From positions 160,001-224,000 of the forward strand of contig CM000434.1 of NCBI GenBank assembly GCA_000165345.1: DNA of 64,000 nucleotides, read 5' to 3'. The translations under genes were made by a program, and so were the position numbers. The notes below the pieces were generated by a model. That model saw nothing but the letters and a program-made list of their open reading frames with translations, searched no databases and was not told where the DNA came from. This document shows, piece after piece, positions 36,157 to 56,959 of this stretch; position 1 is the stretch's first letter; each line of letters opens with the position of its first letter.

Positions 36157-36439
36157 TTGTGGGGGAGGAATAATGAAAATTTAAAAAAAATAAAGAAAAA
36201 AAAATTGGAAGATCGATAAGTAACTTCTTATTTGCATTGATATATTTATGATATGACTGTTATTAAAAAAGATATTTAGTAAATATAAAGAGTAGGAAAA
36301 ACTAATATTCTAATCTTTCTTATCATAATTAATCAAATAATTTACTTTGTGACTTTCACCCAGAAATTTTTTGAGATTATAAAGAATTTCCCGCCAAAAA
36401 TGGGAATACAGTTATAATAGAAAAATAATAGTGGAATAG

Positions 36440-36655
36440 TTAATTATGAACATTATTATTTGATGAGATACTATTAGATTGTTGAGAAGTTAAGATTCTG
36501 GAGTTATTTTCTTGGGAGCTTATATTGAGATTAGTTTGGATGGAATTTAAATCTTCGTTTTCTTGTAGTTGTTTTGCTTTGTTTTTAATTCTCTCTTTTA
36601 AATCATTAATATCTTGAATTTTTAGTTCAATCAGAGTTCCTGGTCGAGTAAGCAT
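36440..36655 (-). CDS. Small hypothetical ORF (71 aa), possibly coiled-coil; weak
   Basis: It begins LIELKIQDINDLKERIKNKAKQLQENEDL. It lies in an otherwise ORF-free 2 kb region. No family assignment and it could be spurious. Confidence 0.2.
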   Translation of the reverse strand: MLTRPGTLIELKIQDINDLKERIKNKAKQLQENEDLNSIQTNLNISSQENNSRILTSQQSNSISSNNNVHN

Positions 36656-37261
36656 ATTTAGATTTTTTGAAATTGGTTACTTTGTTTCTTTTCTTTTTTT
36701 TAATTTGCGTTATTTGTGATGTACGATCTACCCCTTTTTTAGCTTAGTTAATAATATCAATAAGATTTTTTTTAGATTAGAAAGCTTACTCAAAGTGGTT
36801 TATATTGATTTAATTTAATCCAATTATACTTTATTAAATAGATTTTGATTGAATAGTGATTTTAATGGAATCTACTCGAAGAAATTAATACTTGGAGTTT
36901 AAAGCTAAAAATAACCAGAAACCTGCTTACTTAATTACTTATTTTTCTAATAATTCTTTATAAATTGTTTTCAAAATCTTTATTCTATGCAATTCAATTC
37001 CTTTTTTAAAAGAAAATATAATATTCTAACTAAAATTGGCGCCAAATTTTATTAACCCCAAGTTAATTTTTTTCTCTTTCATGGGAATGATTATTTTTAA
37101 ATGCTAATTGAATGAAGTGGCGCCTACCCCACGTATTAAAAACGCCAATTAGAATTTGCCTGAATTAAATAGAAAAAAAAATTATTTCAGTAGAATAATT
37201 AAAATTCTAGAGAAAAATGCTATTGGATATGAATATTAGAACGAAATGCTAAATCTAATGT

Positions 37262-38038
37262 TTAATGTCTATCACCTAAAGCATTTCTAATCCTATTTCT
37301 GCTCTCTTCGTTTGAGTTTGTTGTAGTAGGTATGTTAGAAACAGGAGCTGGATGATTATTAACTCCGAGTGTAATAACGCCTTTAGAGTCAATAGAAATA
37401 GAGAGACTCTCTGGTGTTTGGCCTGACAAAGCGATATTAATCATTTCAGGGTTGATTGAGGTGTTCTTAAGATTCAATAATTCGGATTGAGTTGTAATTT
37501 GTTGTCCTTGGTTTTGTATTGAATTCAAATTTGTGGATACTAACACATTTCCTGGGGTTGAATTGTTTGGTATTGTATTATCTAATCCATTACCAACTAC
37601 GTTTCCATTCATGGTACCATTATTAGAATTTGTAATTTCTGTAATCTGTGCTTGTTGAGGAGTTACAGGATTTGAATGTTGAGTATTAAAATAGTTTGTT
37701 CCACATTGACATGACGGAAATTGTTGTTGCATTGGACATGTACAGCAAGAACAAAACATATTACCTTGATTCATCATTCCTGTTCCTGTTCTTCTTGAGA
37801 AATCGCAAATACAACAATGTTGAAGTCTTTGGCAGAACAAACATCCTGAAATGTTTGACTGGTTATCAAAGTAGTAATTCTGATTATTATTTAATGATGA
37901 TGGTGTCATACAACCGCATCCTTGCTGTTGTATCATCCTCATCATTCTACTATTTGAACTTTGAGGTAATACTGGCAATAATCTATCTTGTTTTCCGCAT
38001 TGGCATGTAATTTGATTTGCATTATTTGAATATGACAT
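37262..38038 (-). CDS. Cys/Gln/Asn-rich hypothetical protein (258 aa)
   Basis: ATG verified. Multiple CxC/CC clusters (CQCGKQD, CGCMTP, CLFCQRLQHCCICDF, FCSCCTCPMQQQFPSCQCG) are followed by an Asn/Thr/Gln-rich tail. The family is unclear. Confidence 0.4.
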   Translation of the reverse strand: MSYSNNANQITCQCGKQDRLLPVLPQSSNSRMMRMIQQQGCGCMTPSSLNNNQNYYFDNQSNISGCLFCQRLQHCCICDFSRRTGTGMMNQGNMFCSCCTCPMQQQFPSCQCGTNYFNTQHSNPVTPQQAQITEITNSNNGTMNGNVVGNGLDNTIPNNSTPGNVLVSTNLNSIQNQGQQITTQSELLNLKNTSINPEMINIALSGQTPESLSISIDSKGVITLGVNNHPAPVSNIPTTTNSNEESRNRIRNALGDRH

Positions 38039-38785
38039 TTTGCTTTTATTTAAAACAAATATTATACTTGAAGTTATAATTTGGCTCTAATGTTTTTTTT
38101 CTTTTTGAACTTTATTATTTTTATCACCTTAGCTCTATTAACTTTGTCCAAATCCTTTTTTTTTACTTATTTTCGAGCACGAGCTTTGCAAATTTCTTTA
38201 TAAGATTTTCATATTTCCCCTCTTTTCCCACTAAATTGTTTACTTAAAAATATACGAATATATATATGTATATATTTACGCCATCTCTTTATTTATTAAG
38301 AGTTCAAACTTAACTTAATCGGCCTCAACTATTTCATAACAATTCTAATCTTTCAAAATCCGACTTAAAACCATTCTTTTACCTTTTGTAAATCTTCGCC
38401 ATTTATTTCTGACTAGTCCTCTTTTACTTAATTATAATTAACTCAATTTTCCCGCCCAAACATGCCTACTTTATTTCGAGTAAATGGTTTGTTACATGCA
38501 ATCTATTTAATCTTTTTTCTTTCTTTTTTTTGCTAATTAAGAAAATCAATCACTTGTAAATATTTCCCGCCAATTATTCCCACAACAATCCAACAAAGTA
38601 TAAATGAATCAGAGATGTCATCATATGACATTTTGATCAGTTAGAATTGAAATAAAATGACTAGAAAAACTGCAATTACTTTAATTACAGTAATTTATAA
38701 CAATTCAGTTTAAAATCTTAAAAGAAGTCCATATATAGAAACAATAAATCCTAATTTCAAGTATATAATTAATATAATAGTATTT

Positions 38786-39670
38786 TCAATTACGTGATCT
38801 ACCTAACAACAATATAAATAGTATTACTAGTAATCCAACAGCCAGTCCAGAAGATGTACCTAAAATGATATTAAACTTGTTATCAGATGAAATTGTACAG
38901 TTTCTACCATAAAATCCTTCTGCACATTTACAATAATATCCATCGTTGCCTATATTAAAACATTCACCACTATTCTGGCATATTGGTTCTAACTGAGTAT
39001 CACAAATTCCCTCGCATCCTGAACATTCCACAACCTGTCTTAACTGATTAGATGACGGACATGCAGTACCTCCATTCATTGCCTCCCTCACAACTACTCT
39101 ATATCTTGATTTGGTTCCCTCGCATAAAAACTTTGAGCAACCAGTCCAAGGAGACCAAAAAGAGAGAACACAATCGACTGGGCATGGAGAAGAATTACAT
39201 GAAGATGTTTCTTTAAGCAAAGAATCACAACCAGGAGCAGAGTGGGTCAATTCTCTTGTCCTGATTGTAAGCCCTCCGTCACAAGAAGCTGAGCAAGGAG
39301 ACCAACTTCCCCAATCAGTGAATCCACATGGCAAACACTCCACATCCGAATTACAAGCAGAAATCTGGGAAGTTATAGTACATTCTAATCCTCCTGCCAT
39401 AACCTCATTTAATGGATATCTCCATCTATAAGTTGTTCCACCATTGCAAGTACTTGTACAAGGAAGCCAAGATGACCATTGAGAATACTCACAATCCAAT
39501 GTAGATATTGCAAATCTTGTAGTTGAATACACTCCTGCTTCATTTGGATAAATTAATCCTACTGATTCTGGTTTATATGAGTGCACTCCACAATGAAATA
39601 TGGTTCCCAATGACCATAATGACTCTCTTACAAAAACGTCAACTCCGAACTTTTTGTTAATCAATATCGA
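38786..39670 (-). CDS. TSP1-EGF adhesin gene A, exon 2: 3 thrombospondin type 1 repeats, 1 EGF domain, a TM helix and a short tail
   Basis: TSP1 motifs: YSQWSSWLPCTSTCNGGTTYRWR, FTDWGSWSPCSASCDGGLTIRTR and SFWSPWTGCSKFLCEGTKSRYR. EGF: CDTQLEPICQNSGECFNIGNDGYYCKCAEGFYGRNC. TM: LAVGLLVILFILLLG. The listed ORF starts on a TTG codon with no upstream ATG before a stop, consistent with being a downstream exon. Confidence 0.6.
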   Translation of the reverse strand, partial: SILINKKFGVDVFVRESLWSLGTIFHCGVHSYKPESVGLIYPNEAGVYSTTRFAISTLDCEYSQWSSWLPCTSTCNGGTTYRWRYPLNEVMAGGLECTITSQISACNSDVECLPCGFTDWGSWSPCSASCDGGLTIRTRELTHSAPGCDSLLKETSSCNSSPCPVDCVLSFWSPWTGCSKFLCEGTKSRYRVVVREAMNGGTACPSSNQLRQVVECSGCEGICDTQLEPICQNSGECFNIGNDGYYCKCAEGFYGRNCTISSDNKFNIILGTSSGLAVGLLVILFILLLGRSRN

Positions 39671-39896
<226 letters not shown>

Positions 39897-40889
39897 ATTG
39901 AAAGGTTGACCTGGATTATCAAAATCAAAAGGATAATCTCCACTAACTGTATAACTTGTACCACTTAATAATACACCCGAACTTAAACAATATGAATTAC
40001 TTGACAAAGTTGCAAAAAATCCATTCATTCTATAATAAAACTGACTCTGATCGCTTGTAAATACTGCTACTGTACCTCCCCATCCGTATCTTTTATCATT
40101 AACTGGATACATACTTGCTGAATGTAGATGTATTTCTAGTTCTTCTGGCCAAGATTTATAATTTTTTGGAATTCTATCACCATTTGGTACTCCAGATTTC
40201 TCATCAATTCCGGTACTATTTACATAATACAAATTTTTATCATCAAAATAGTATCTTTGTTGAAATTCATCCCAGAAATAAGTCCTTCTATAAGGATCTG
40301 CCAAAGGAACATTTCTTGTAATTTTATATTTACTAAAGTTATTTTGTCCATTACCAAAAGTTAATTTATTCACATTTGAATACACTATGCTATGACAAGG
40401 ATAATATGGTCCACTTCCTGAAATATAAAAGTAAAACCCTCCTGGCCATCTTAATTTCTCAACTACCAAGTCAAGATCCATCAATTTTGGCTTATACGGA
40501 AATGGAAAGTAAGCATAAGATCTAGCCCATCTCTCTTCTGAAGTATATCCTGTAGATTCCACATCTACTGTTTGTGCTGCAAAATTTATCATCAACTTAC
40601 AGTGGTATAAATCACCATTCTGAATTGTTACCAAAGTTTCTTTATCATTTTCTGCGTTAAATTTACCCACAATCCTAAAAGATACTCCAGAATACCAAGG
40701 TAGCTTATTTGAACTAAATGTATATACTAACCCTTCACTGGTAATATCTTTCCATGCTTTTGTCCAACTGAAACTTGGTGGTAAAGAATTTATTTCTAAA
40801 ATATTAAATATAAGAATATGTATTAATATAAAATATAAAATTCTTCTTATTTTCATAAACTTTAAATCATATTGTCTAAATTCTAACAT
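39897..40889 (-). CDS. TSP1-EGF adhesin gene A, exon 1: signal peptide plus a ~330-aa N-terminal extracellular domain
   Basis: The ORF-track start at 40901 is a TTG; the first ATGs in frame are at 40889 and 40856. The signal peptide is MKIRRILYFILIHILIFNILEINS. The exon ends ...DNPGQPFN immediately before GTAAGT, a consensus 5' splice donor. Coordinates +/-2. Confidence 0.55.
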
Positions 40890-41479
40890 TTTTCTTTTCA
40901 ACTTTGTTTTGATTACATTGAATTAAAACCTTTTATTGGTGTTTTGAAACTAATTAAAATTAATTCTTCTTTCCATTCATGAATTATTCAATCCTTATTT
41001 ATAGCCAATACTTTTACTTAATTTAAAAGAATACACCAAATGTGATATTATTCAGCAACCTTTAAAAAATATAATTTTATTAATAATATAATTTTAAATT
41101 TAATACTTTTCTCTGTGTGTGTAATTTATCCTATTATCAACTCCTTTTCCCATGTTCAATTTAGATTAATATTTATTTCAATATTAAACAGCAGGTAATA
41201 GGTACCATTTCAGCCCGCCAAAACATGCCCCACTTATTTCCAATATTATTATCAATGCTGTATAAGTAATATAAATAATATAATAAGAATAAATATAAAT
41301 ATGATCCATGTAATAATATATTAGATAAATTAAAATTTATCTATAATTTACCATTATTTTAGTTAAATTAATAATTTATTAGAATTTGTGAAGGATAATA
41401 AATATTAATCCATCGAAATAAGCTTTATGTTTTAATTACAATTATCCAGAATTAAGGTTTAATAAAGAATTCATGCTCA

Positions 41480-41610
41480 ATGTTGTCTTGCCATATTATT
41501 AATGGCATAATATTAATTGGTTTATTATTTTTTTTAAGATTTGATAATATAAGTTCACAAATTGCAGATTTTCGTCTGCCTGAAACTCGCTTATGCACCA
41601 ATCCATATAC
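41480..41610 (+). CDS. TSP1-EGF adhesin gene B, exon 1 (signal peptide)
   Basis: ATG at 41480 encodes MLSCHIINGIILIGLLFFLRFDNISSQIADFRLPETRLCTNPY. The exon ends 2 nt into a codon, immediately before GTAAGT at 41611. An in-frame stop lies upstream at ~41453. Confidence 0.6.
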
Positions 41611-41687
41611 GTAAGTTTGACGTAATTTTCTTTAAAAAAAATAACTTTATTTGATTATTTGTTTATATTTTAAAAATGAATTTCTAG
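41611..41687 (+). other. Predicted 77-nt intron of TSP1-EGF adhesin gene B
   Basis: GTAAGTTTGAC ... AT-rich ... AATTTCTAG. The splice restores the frame exactly into the listed ORF, whose annotated start at 41803 is a TTG (Leu), not ATG. Confidence 0.55.
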
Positions 41688-42930
41688 TTTTGGATTTGCA
41701 ATAGAACAAGATACTGATATTCAATTAATAGATGATGATATTTGGCCTTTAAATCAAGTCTTCTCTGCCGGTGGTAGTATTTCTGACAATGGATTCCAAA
41801 TATTGTTTGCAACCGCAAAAAAAAATTCTTATGAATTGATCATTTCAGTTTATCCATTGCTCACTACAGTAGTAAGAGAATGTACTTATGAAGGAAAAGT
41901 TGTAAGAAGGCTTAAATCCGTAGTAGAACATTCCCCAAGATTTGAAAAATGGCCATTCTTTGATAAGTGGGTTATTAGCTTTCAAAGACAAGAATATGGA
42001 ATTTCAATTTCTTTTAACCAAGGTTATACTGAATCTTTATTTTGGAAAAGATGTCTAAATGAACCAATAGTCAGCGTTAAGGTAGAATCAAAAGATGCCT
42101 ATCTTTCAGCTGACCAAGTTGATTGTATCGTATCAGAATGGAGTTCTTGGTCCCAATGTAGTTCAAGTTGTCAGATAGGTACTAGATCAAGAACTAGATT
42201 AATATTAAGACCAGCTTCTTTTGAAGGTACCACATGTCCAAACTTGATAGAAAATGAAGGATGTAACACTAGCATATCTTGTGAAGATTGTGCCTATTCT
42301 TCTTGGTCTCCTTGGAGTGAGTGTAGTGTTACTTGCCAAGGTGGATTTCGTTCTCGAACTAGAAAGCTGATTTGGAAATCTGACATTAAAGGGAGATGTG
42401 AAGATAATGAATCAGATATAGAATCTTGTAATGAACAAAGTTGTCCAGTAAATTGTAGACTCTCAAGCTGGACTTCATGGAGTATATGCTCTTCTACTTG
42501 TGGTCCAGGTAATAAGATGAGATATAGAATTATTTTAGCTCAATCAGATCTTGGTGGAGTACAGTGTCCGACAGAAAAGGAAATTACTGAGCGTGCTTCA
42601 TGTCAACTTCAAGAATGCGAAAAATCTTGTTCAACTGGAGAAATTTGCAAAAATGGTGGGACTTGTATTGATATCCCTAATAGCGGTTTTTCTTGTGAAT
42701 GTGCTGAAGATTATTTTGGTAAATTTTGTGAACACAAGAAATATAGCTGGTGGGTTTATTTTGTTTTTTGCATTGCTACACAAATTATTATTGGAGCAAT
42801 TGTAAAGAGTACATTCCTTTCAAGACCTGCACCAATTACTGAAACGCCAGTTACTTACAACCAAGAATATGCTTTCAATGATTATCCGACAGCATTTGAT
42901 CAAAATACTGACATTTCTGGTGTTTTTTAA
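41688..42930 (+). CDS. TSP1-EGF adhesin gene B, exon 2: N-terminal domain, 3 TSP1 repeats, 1 EGF, a TM helix and an aromatic-rich cytoplasmic tail
   Basis: TSP1 motifs: SEWSSWSQCSSSCQIGTRSRTR, SSWSPWSECSVTCQGGFRSRTR and SSWTSWSICSSTCGPGNKMRYR. EGF: CSTGEICKNGGTCIDIPNSGFSCECAEDYFGKFC. TM: WWVYFVFCIATQIIIGAIV. The tail is ...YNQEYAFNDYPTAFDQNTDISGVF. Confidence 0.7.
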
Positions 42931-43291
42931 TATATACAATGATCAAACTCTTCCAACCCTAATTTTTTAACAATTAATAAATCAATTTATATATACATAT
43001 ATATACAATATAAATATAAGTAATCAATTTTAATTTTTTTTTTGTAAATGTTTTTCTTTGCATGACTTTTTGTGTGCAATTTCCATAATATTAATTTTTA
43101 TGTGGTCAGGCGCCACTGAATGCCGGTATAGGACAAATAACTAATAAATATAATGAAATTATTAAAGTGAAAATAATAAAAAATTTGATTTATAAAAACC
43201 CCAAAAAAATCCCACAAATTAGCAAATAAAAGTTTAATAATACAATATAAATATTAATTTAAAAAAATCAAGTTTGGAACACAAACCTAAT

Positions 43292-44551
43292 ATGTATATT
43301 AGAAGTGAATCAGAAGAAGAATTAAAGCATGGGGAAGAAATTGATGAAGTTGGTTGTTTATTAATATTTGATGAAACATATAAATCAGTTATTGATTCCT
43401 TTCCATTGAATGAAGGAAAGAATTATGTATGTGGATCAACAAGATCAGTTTTTGAACCAATTAATGAAAAATCTAAAAAGAGAGCAAAGAATACAAAATT
43501 CAAGGGTAATAGTAAAATTAATAATGAAGATTATCATGCAATAATATATGTTGAACATGGTGAATTTTTTGTTGAAGATAATAACACTGATATTGGTACA
43601 TTCCGAAAAAATTTGAAATATAAAATTCAACCAAATTGTAAATATGAATTAATTCCAGGGGAGGATTTATATTTTGGTAATTTAAAAACTAAATTAATAA
43701 GGTATGATTCTATGGATTCAATTGAGACACCAAGATGGAAAAGGCATAGTATTGAAAATAATGATAATAATCATCATCAAATACAGTTAGAGAATATTGA
43801 AGAAAGTCCAAAAACTAATCATATAGAAGATATTGATTTAAATAAAAGTAAAAAGAAATCTTTAGGAAATGAGTCAACATCAACATTAAATGATGATATT
43901 GAAAATGATTCTTTACTTTCAAATAGGCCAAAAAGGAAATCTCCTAAATGTATTAAAGATGAAAAGATGAATAACTTACCATTGTTAAAAAGTAACAATA
44001 CAGATAAAGTAATATTATTATGGACTGGATGTACCCCAACAAGTAAAGATATGGAGTTAATTAAGAGAGCAAATATAACTTCAATAGATTCTGAAGATCT
44101 TGAATTTATGTCTGATCAAGTTACACACGTAGTATCATCTTCAATAAAGAGAACATTGAAATTTTTATGGGCAATATCAAAAGGTCTTCCCATAATATCT
44201 CCATCTACATTAAGAAATATATTAAATTCGAATAGAAATAAAGATTTAAGCTATAATGAATTTAATGATTTATGTATGAATCAATTACTTTCTGATTTGG
44301 AAGGTGAAAAGAAGTTTGGTTTTTCTCTTAAGAACTCTATTTGTAAAGCACAAAATAATATTCCAATATTCAATAATTATAAGTTTGTTATTTCCCCAAA
44401 TATAAAAGTTCCTTCCATTAGTGAAATCTCATGGTTATTAAAGTCAAGTAATGCTGAAATTATTCAATTTGAAAAAGCTAATAAAATTCAAGACAAATCT
44501 AATTTAATATTTATCGGTACTGTATTGGATTCTAATAAATTATTTAAGTAA
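43292..44551 (+). CDS. FHA domain plus C-terminal BRCT-domain protein; possible DNA-damage-response adaptor (Nbs1/Xrs2-like architecture)
   Basis: The listed ORF starts at a TTG at 43274 and the first ATG is 43292 (MYIRSESEEE). The FHA-like core is YVCGSTRSVFEP...HAIIYVEHGEFFVEDNNTDIGTFRKN...YELIPGEDLYFGN. The BRCT-like C-terminus is VILLWTGCTPTSKDMELIKRANITSIDSEDLEFMSDQVTHVVSSSIKRTLKFLWAISKGLPIISPSTL, with a second BRCT-like stretch YKFVISPN...IIQFEKANKIQDKSNLIFIGT. Confidence 0.45.
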   Translation: MYIRSESEEELKHGEEIDEVGCLLIFDETYKSVIDSFPLNEGKNYVCGSTRSVFEPINEKSKKRAKNTKFKGNSKINNEDYHAIIYVEHGEFFVEDNNTDIGTFRKNLKYKIQPNCKYELIPGEDLYFGNLKTKLIRYDSMDSIETPRWKRHSIENNDNNHHQIQLENIEESPKTNHIEDIDLNKSKKKSLGNESTSTLNDDIENDSLLSNRPKRKSPKCIKDEKMNNLPLLKSNNTDKVILLWTGCTPTSKDMELIKRANITSIDSEDLEFMSDQVTHVVSSSIKRTLKFLWAISKGLPIISPSTLRNILNSNRNKDLSYNEFNDLCMNQLLSDLEGEKKFGFSLKNSICKAQNNIPIFNNYKFVISPNIKVPSISEISWLLKSSNAEIIQFEKANKIQDKSNLIFIGTVLDSNKLFK

Positions 44552-45064
44552 GTTTAATTTAATAAATAAATTTATATTTTATTTTAATTTTAAATTTTAG
44601 GAACCAAAAAATTTATTCAATTGATTTTATTTTTGACTCCATAATTAAACAAGAAATTGACATTAGTAAAAATATTATCAAAATATAATAAAAACTATAC
44701 CTTTATTATTTTGTTGACTATTTATAATATTTACCACTTAAATTCAAATGAATTGTCATATTTTTCTTCTTACATGCATACATGCCTACATACCTACATG
44801 TATTTTGTCATTTTTCTACTTTTTTTCAAGAAATTTTCCATTTACATATTACCTCTTTTCCCGCCACCCCCATACCGGTATACACATAATTATTAATTTG
44901 TTTTTAATGTGGATGAAATTAATATGCATGCATGCATGTAAAATGTTGAAAATGACGTGTATATATACATACAATAAAAATGTGTAGATAAATATTTTTT
45001 CTTCTAAAGCATTGAATAACTATAATAATAATATTTGAATATATAAATATATATATTTAAATAT

Positions 45065-45096
<32 letters not shown>

Positions 45097-45334
45097 ATAT
45101 ATATTTATTTACTTATATTAATATATAAAAAGTCAACAATAATTAATTTGAAAATAGGATTATATTGAAAGAAAAAACAAAGATAATAATAATAAGAAAG
45201 TAAAAAGAGAAATTTAATCAGTATTTGCTCTTGTTAATATTAAATTTAGTACAATTTTAAAAAAAAAGGTATATATTTTTAAAAAAATACATTTATATTG
45301 ATTAAAAGTACAATTTTCAAATAACAAAAAGAAA

Positions 45335-46249
45335 ATGAATAAAAAAATAATCATTTCAATAATTATTGGATTATTATCCATAACTTTTGTTCAAGCATCT
45401 ACAGTTCAGAGTCAATTCTTTAATCCATTATCAATATTTTCAGGAATTGGAAATTTATTTAATGGTATTACTAAAGGAATTCAAAATATATTTGAAACAT
45501 TTATTAAAGAAATTATTCCACCTCCACAATTAATAGATCCTAAATATGATATTAGGTCAATTACATCAGTACAACAAGATATATTAAAAAATATGCCAAT
45601 TTTGGAAAATGATTTAAATTCTGTTGGAGAAGTTGTTAATGAAATGGCTGTTGGTGCAAGTATAAATGCAGCAAAAGGATTACAAATCACACAATCAGTT
45701 TTGAAACCTGATATGACTGGAGCAAGTGAAGCATTAAGAAATTTAAAGTCTGTTGATTCTGTTGATAAAAAGAAAAGTTTAAAATCTGCAGCAAAAGCAA
45801 AATCTCGTGAATTTCTTGAATCGCTTTCAAAACCATCAGAAATTGTTTCTGATTATACTGCACCAATTATTGTAATACAAGCACCAGAATCTGATCCTAC
45901 GCAATTGATGACAATTAATGAGATTATTAAATGTAGAGGTGGTAAGAATTGGATAACTGCTCAAGAACATATGATTAAAATGAAAGAATATAGAAAACTT
46001 AAAGGAAAAAAGAAGAAGCTTTTGGATGAAGAAATTGAACAAATTAATCAATTACTTGATGAAAAGGATACAATTATGACTGATTTAAGAAATAAACTTA
46101 GAGCAAATGAGGTCAAGATGGTTGAAAGTCCATCAGATGTTACTACACTTGAAAATAAATTACTTAATCAACAAATGGGTTATTTGGCTGAGGAAATTGT
46201 TGTTTTAGATAAACAGTTGGAAAAATTACATAGAAAGAAAAAGGATTAA
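45335..46249 (+). CDS. Secreted hypothetical protein with a C-terminal coiled-coil
   Basis: ATG verified. Signal peptide MNKKIIISIIIGLLSITFVQAS. The C-terminal half is heptad-rich and charged (KKKKLLDEEIEQINQLLDEKDTIMTDLRNKLRANE...LDKQLEKLHRKKKD). Confidence 0.5.
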   Translation: MNKKIIISIIIGLLSITFVQASTVQSQFFNPLSIFSGIGNLFNGITKGIQNIFETFIKEIIPPPQLIDPKYDIRSITSVQQDILKNMPILENDLNSVGEVVNEMAVGASINAAKGLQITQSVLKPDMTGASEALRNLKSVDSVDKKKSLKSAAKAKSREFLESLSKPSEIVSDYTAPIIVIQAPESDPTQLMTINEIIKCRGGKNWITAQEHMIKMKEYRKLKGKKKKLLDEEIEQINQLLDEKDTIMTDLRNKLRANEVKMVESPSDVTTLENKLLNQQMGYLAEEIVVLDKQLEKLHRKKKD

Positions 46250-46577
46250 ATTCCCAATAATATTAAAATCATAGTTGAGATTAATATTGAATAATATAAT
46301 ATAATATAGAGAAGGAAAAAAAAAAAGGAAATTAGATTTTAATATTTGAGAATTTTTCTATTATTACTATAACTGTTAACATTTATTATATAGTTTTATC
46401 TTTCTGAAATTAAATTATTTGAAAACCTTTTTCATCATTTTAAAAGAAAAATAAAAAAAGCAATAATTCTCAAATATAAATATAATAAATTTATTAATCA
46501 CTATTTAAAGTAATAACAATGATAACACACTATTTGGAAAATCTCTTGTATATTTCTTCTCCCAATCCCAATTAAAT

Positions 46578-55643
<9,066 letters not shown>

Positions 55644-56959
55644 ATATTTCTATAAAACTATATTTATTTATGTTTAATATTTCTCCAAATTAAAACCTTT
55701 ATATACCTAAGCTTTAATAAATAGTCAAGATCCCTTCCTCCTAGACTATTTTAAATTCTTTAAAGTGCTTGTGAAAAAAAAAAAACAACTATTCTTTATT
55801 GTTTTTGAGTTTGAAATTTGTATATATTTGAAATATATACTAAAATATATAAGATATCCTGTTTCTATCTTGTTTAATAGTAACACTTAATTCTATAAAT
55901 ACTTTACCTTGATTCAATATTCTTGATTAATGTAGTCATATATCTTAATATCCATGAAAGACTTGTATGTGCATATGTATTAAAACCAATTTACATGAAT
56001 ACACCCGAAATTATATTAATATTTCAAAGAAGAAACTTCTTCTAAAATAATAATGTGAAAATTAACTCAATTACTTCAATTAGAAGTGTTCTTCTGCATT
56101 TTAACTTCGCTTAATTTCCGTATATAATCAATAAATAACTTGATTTTCTACTTTGACTGTTGATTTTTACCACAATCACAAGTTTTATTAATTTTTAATT
56201 TTGCACAAACTTAGATATTTTACTAATTTACATACGTATATGCATATACATAAGTATTTTATTTACAAATATATATACATATATGTATTTTAATCTTTCC
56301 TTGCTATAACAAATTGGAATATTACTCTCGAATTATTACCCTTGATTAATATCGGGGGAAAAAATAGTATTTCGTTCCTTTCCCTTGATCCTGAAATAAT
56401 TACAAAATATTCTTCCAAAAGACCAAGCCTATATACGAAAAAAAAAATCCTTAATTTGAAATTTATTTGGGTATTACTTTTCGAGGATTAGTATATATTA
56501 ATTTTCTTTCTCAAGAATATTAATTTCTTTTTTTTTTTCGCTTCCTCCCCAGCCTTTCAATATTTCTTGTTAAAAAAAATTTAATTTTGTATTTCGGGGT
56601 TAATAATTTCTTTTTTAATTTACTATTATTTAATATATTACTTATTATTTTGGCAATATCGGTGCTTTTTAGGCGGCAACATGGGCGGCATGTGGTTTAT
56701 GTGGGGGGAATATTTAAATTTGAATATTTTGGTATCTGCAAAAGAAATAATTAATCAATGATAATAAAAAAAAAAAAAGAAGTGGCCCCCTTCTAAAAAT
56801 TAAAATAATATTAAGAAAATAAGGAAAAAGACTGATTCTTTTTTCTTTTTTTTGAAGAGGAACTTTAGCCTTATTTCTTGTAACACTCTTCTAATTAATC
56901 CATTAAGGAACTGAATTGAGTCACACAAATACACATTGTAAACATAAAACGAGTTAATA

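Noticed and set aside
38786-39664. ORF-track start codons at 39664, 40901, 41803 and 43274 taken as real initiation sites
   Set aside because: The underlying codons are TTG, not ATG. Real starts were re-derived: ATG 40889 or 40856, ATG 41480 plus an intron, ATG 43292, and an internal exon for 39664.
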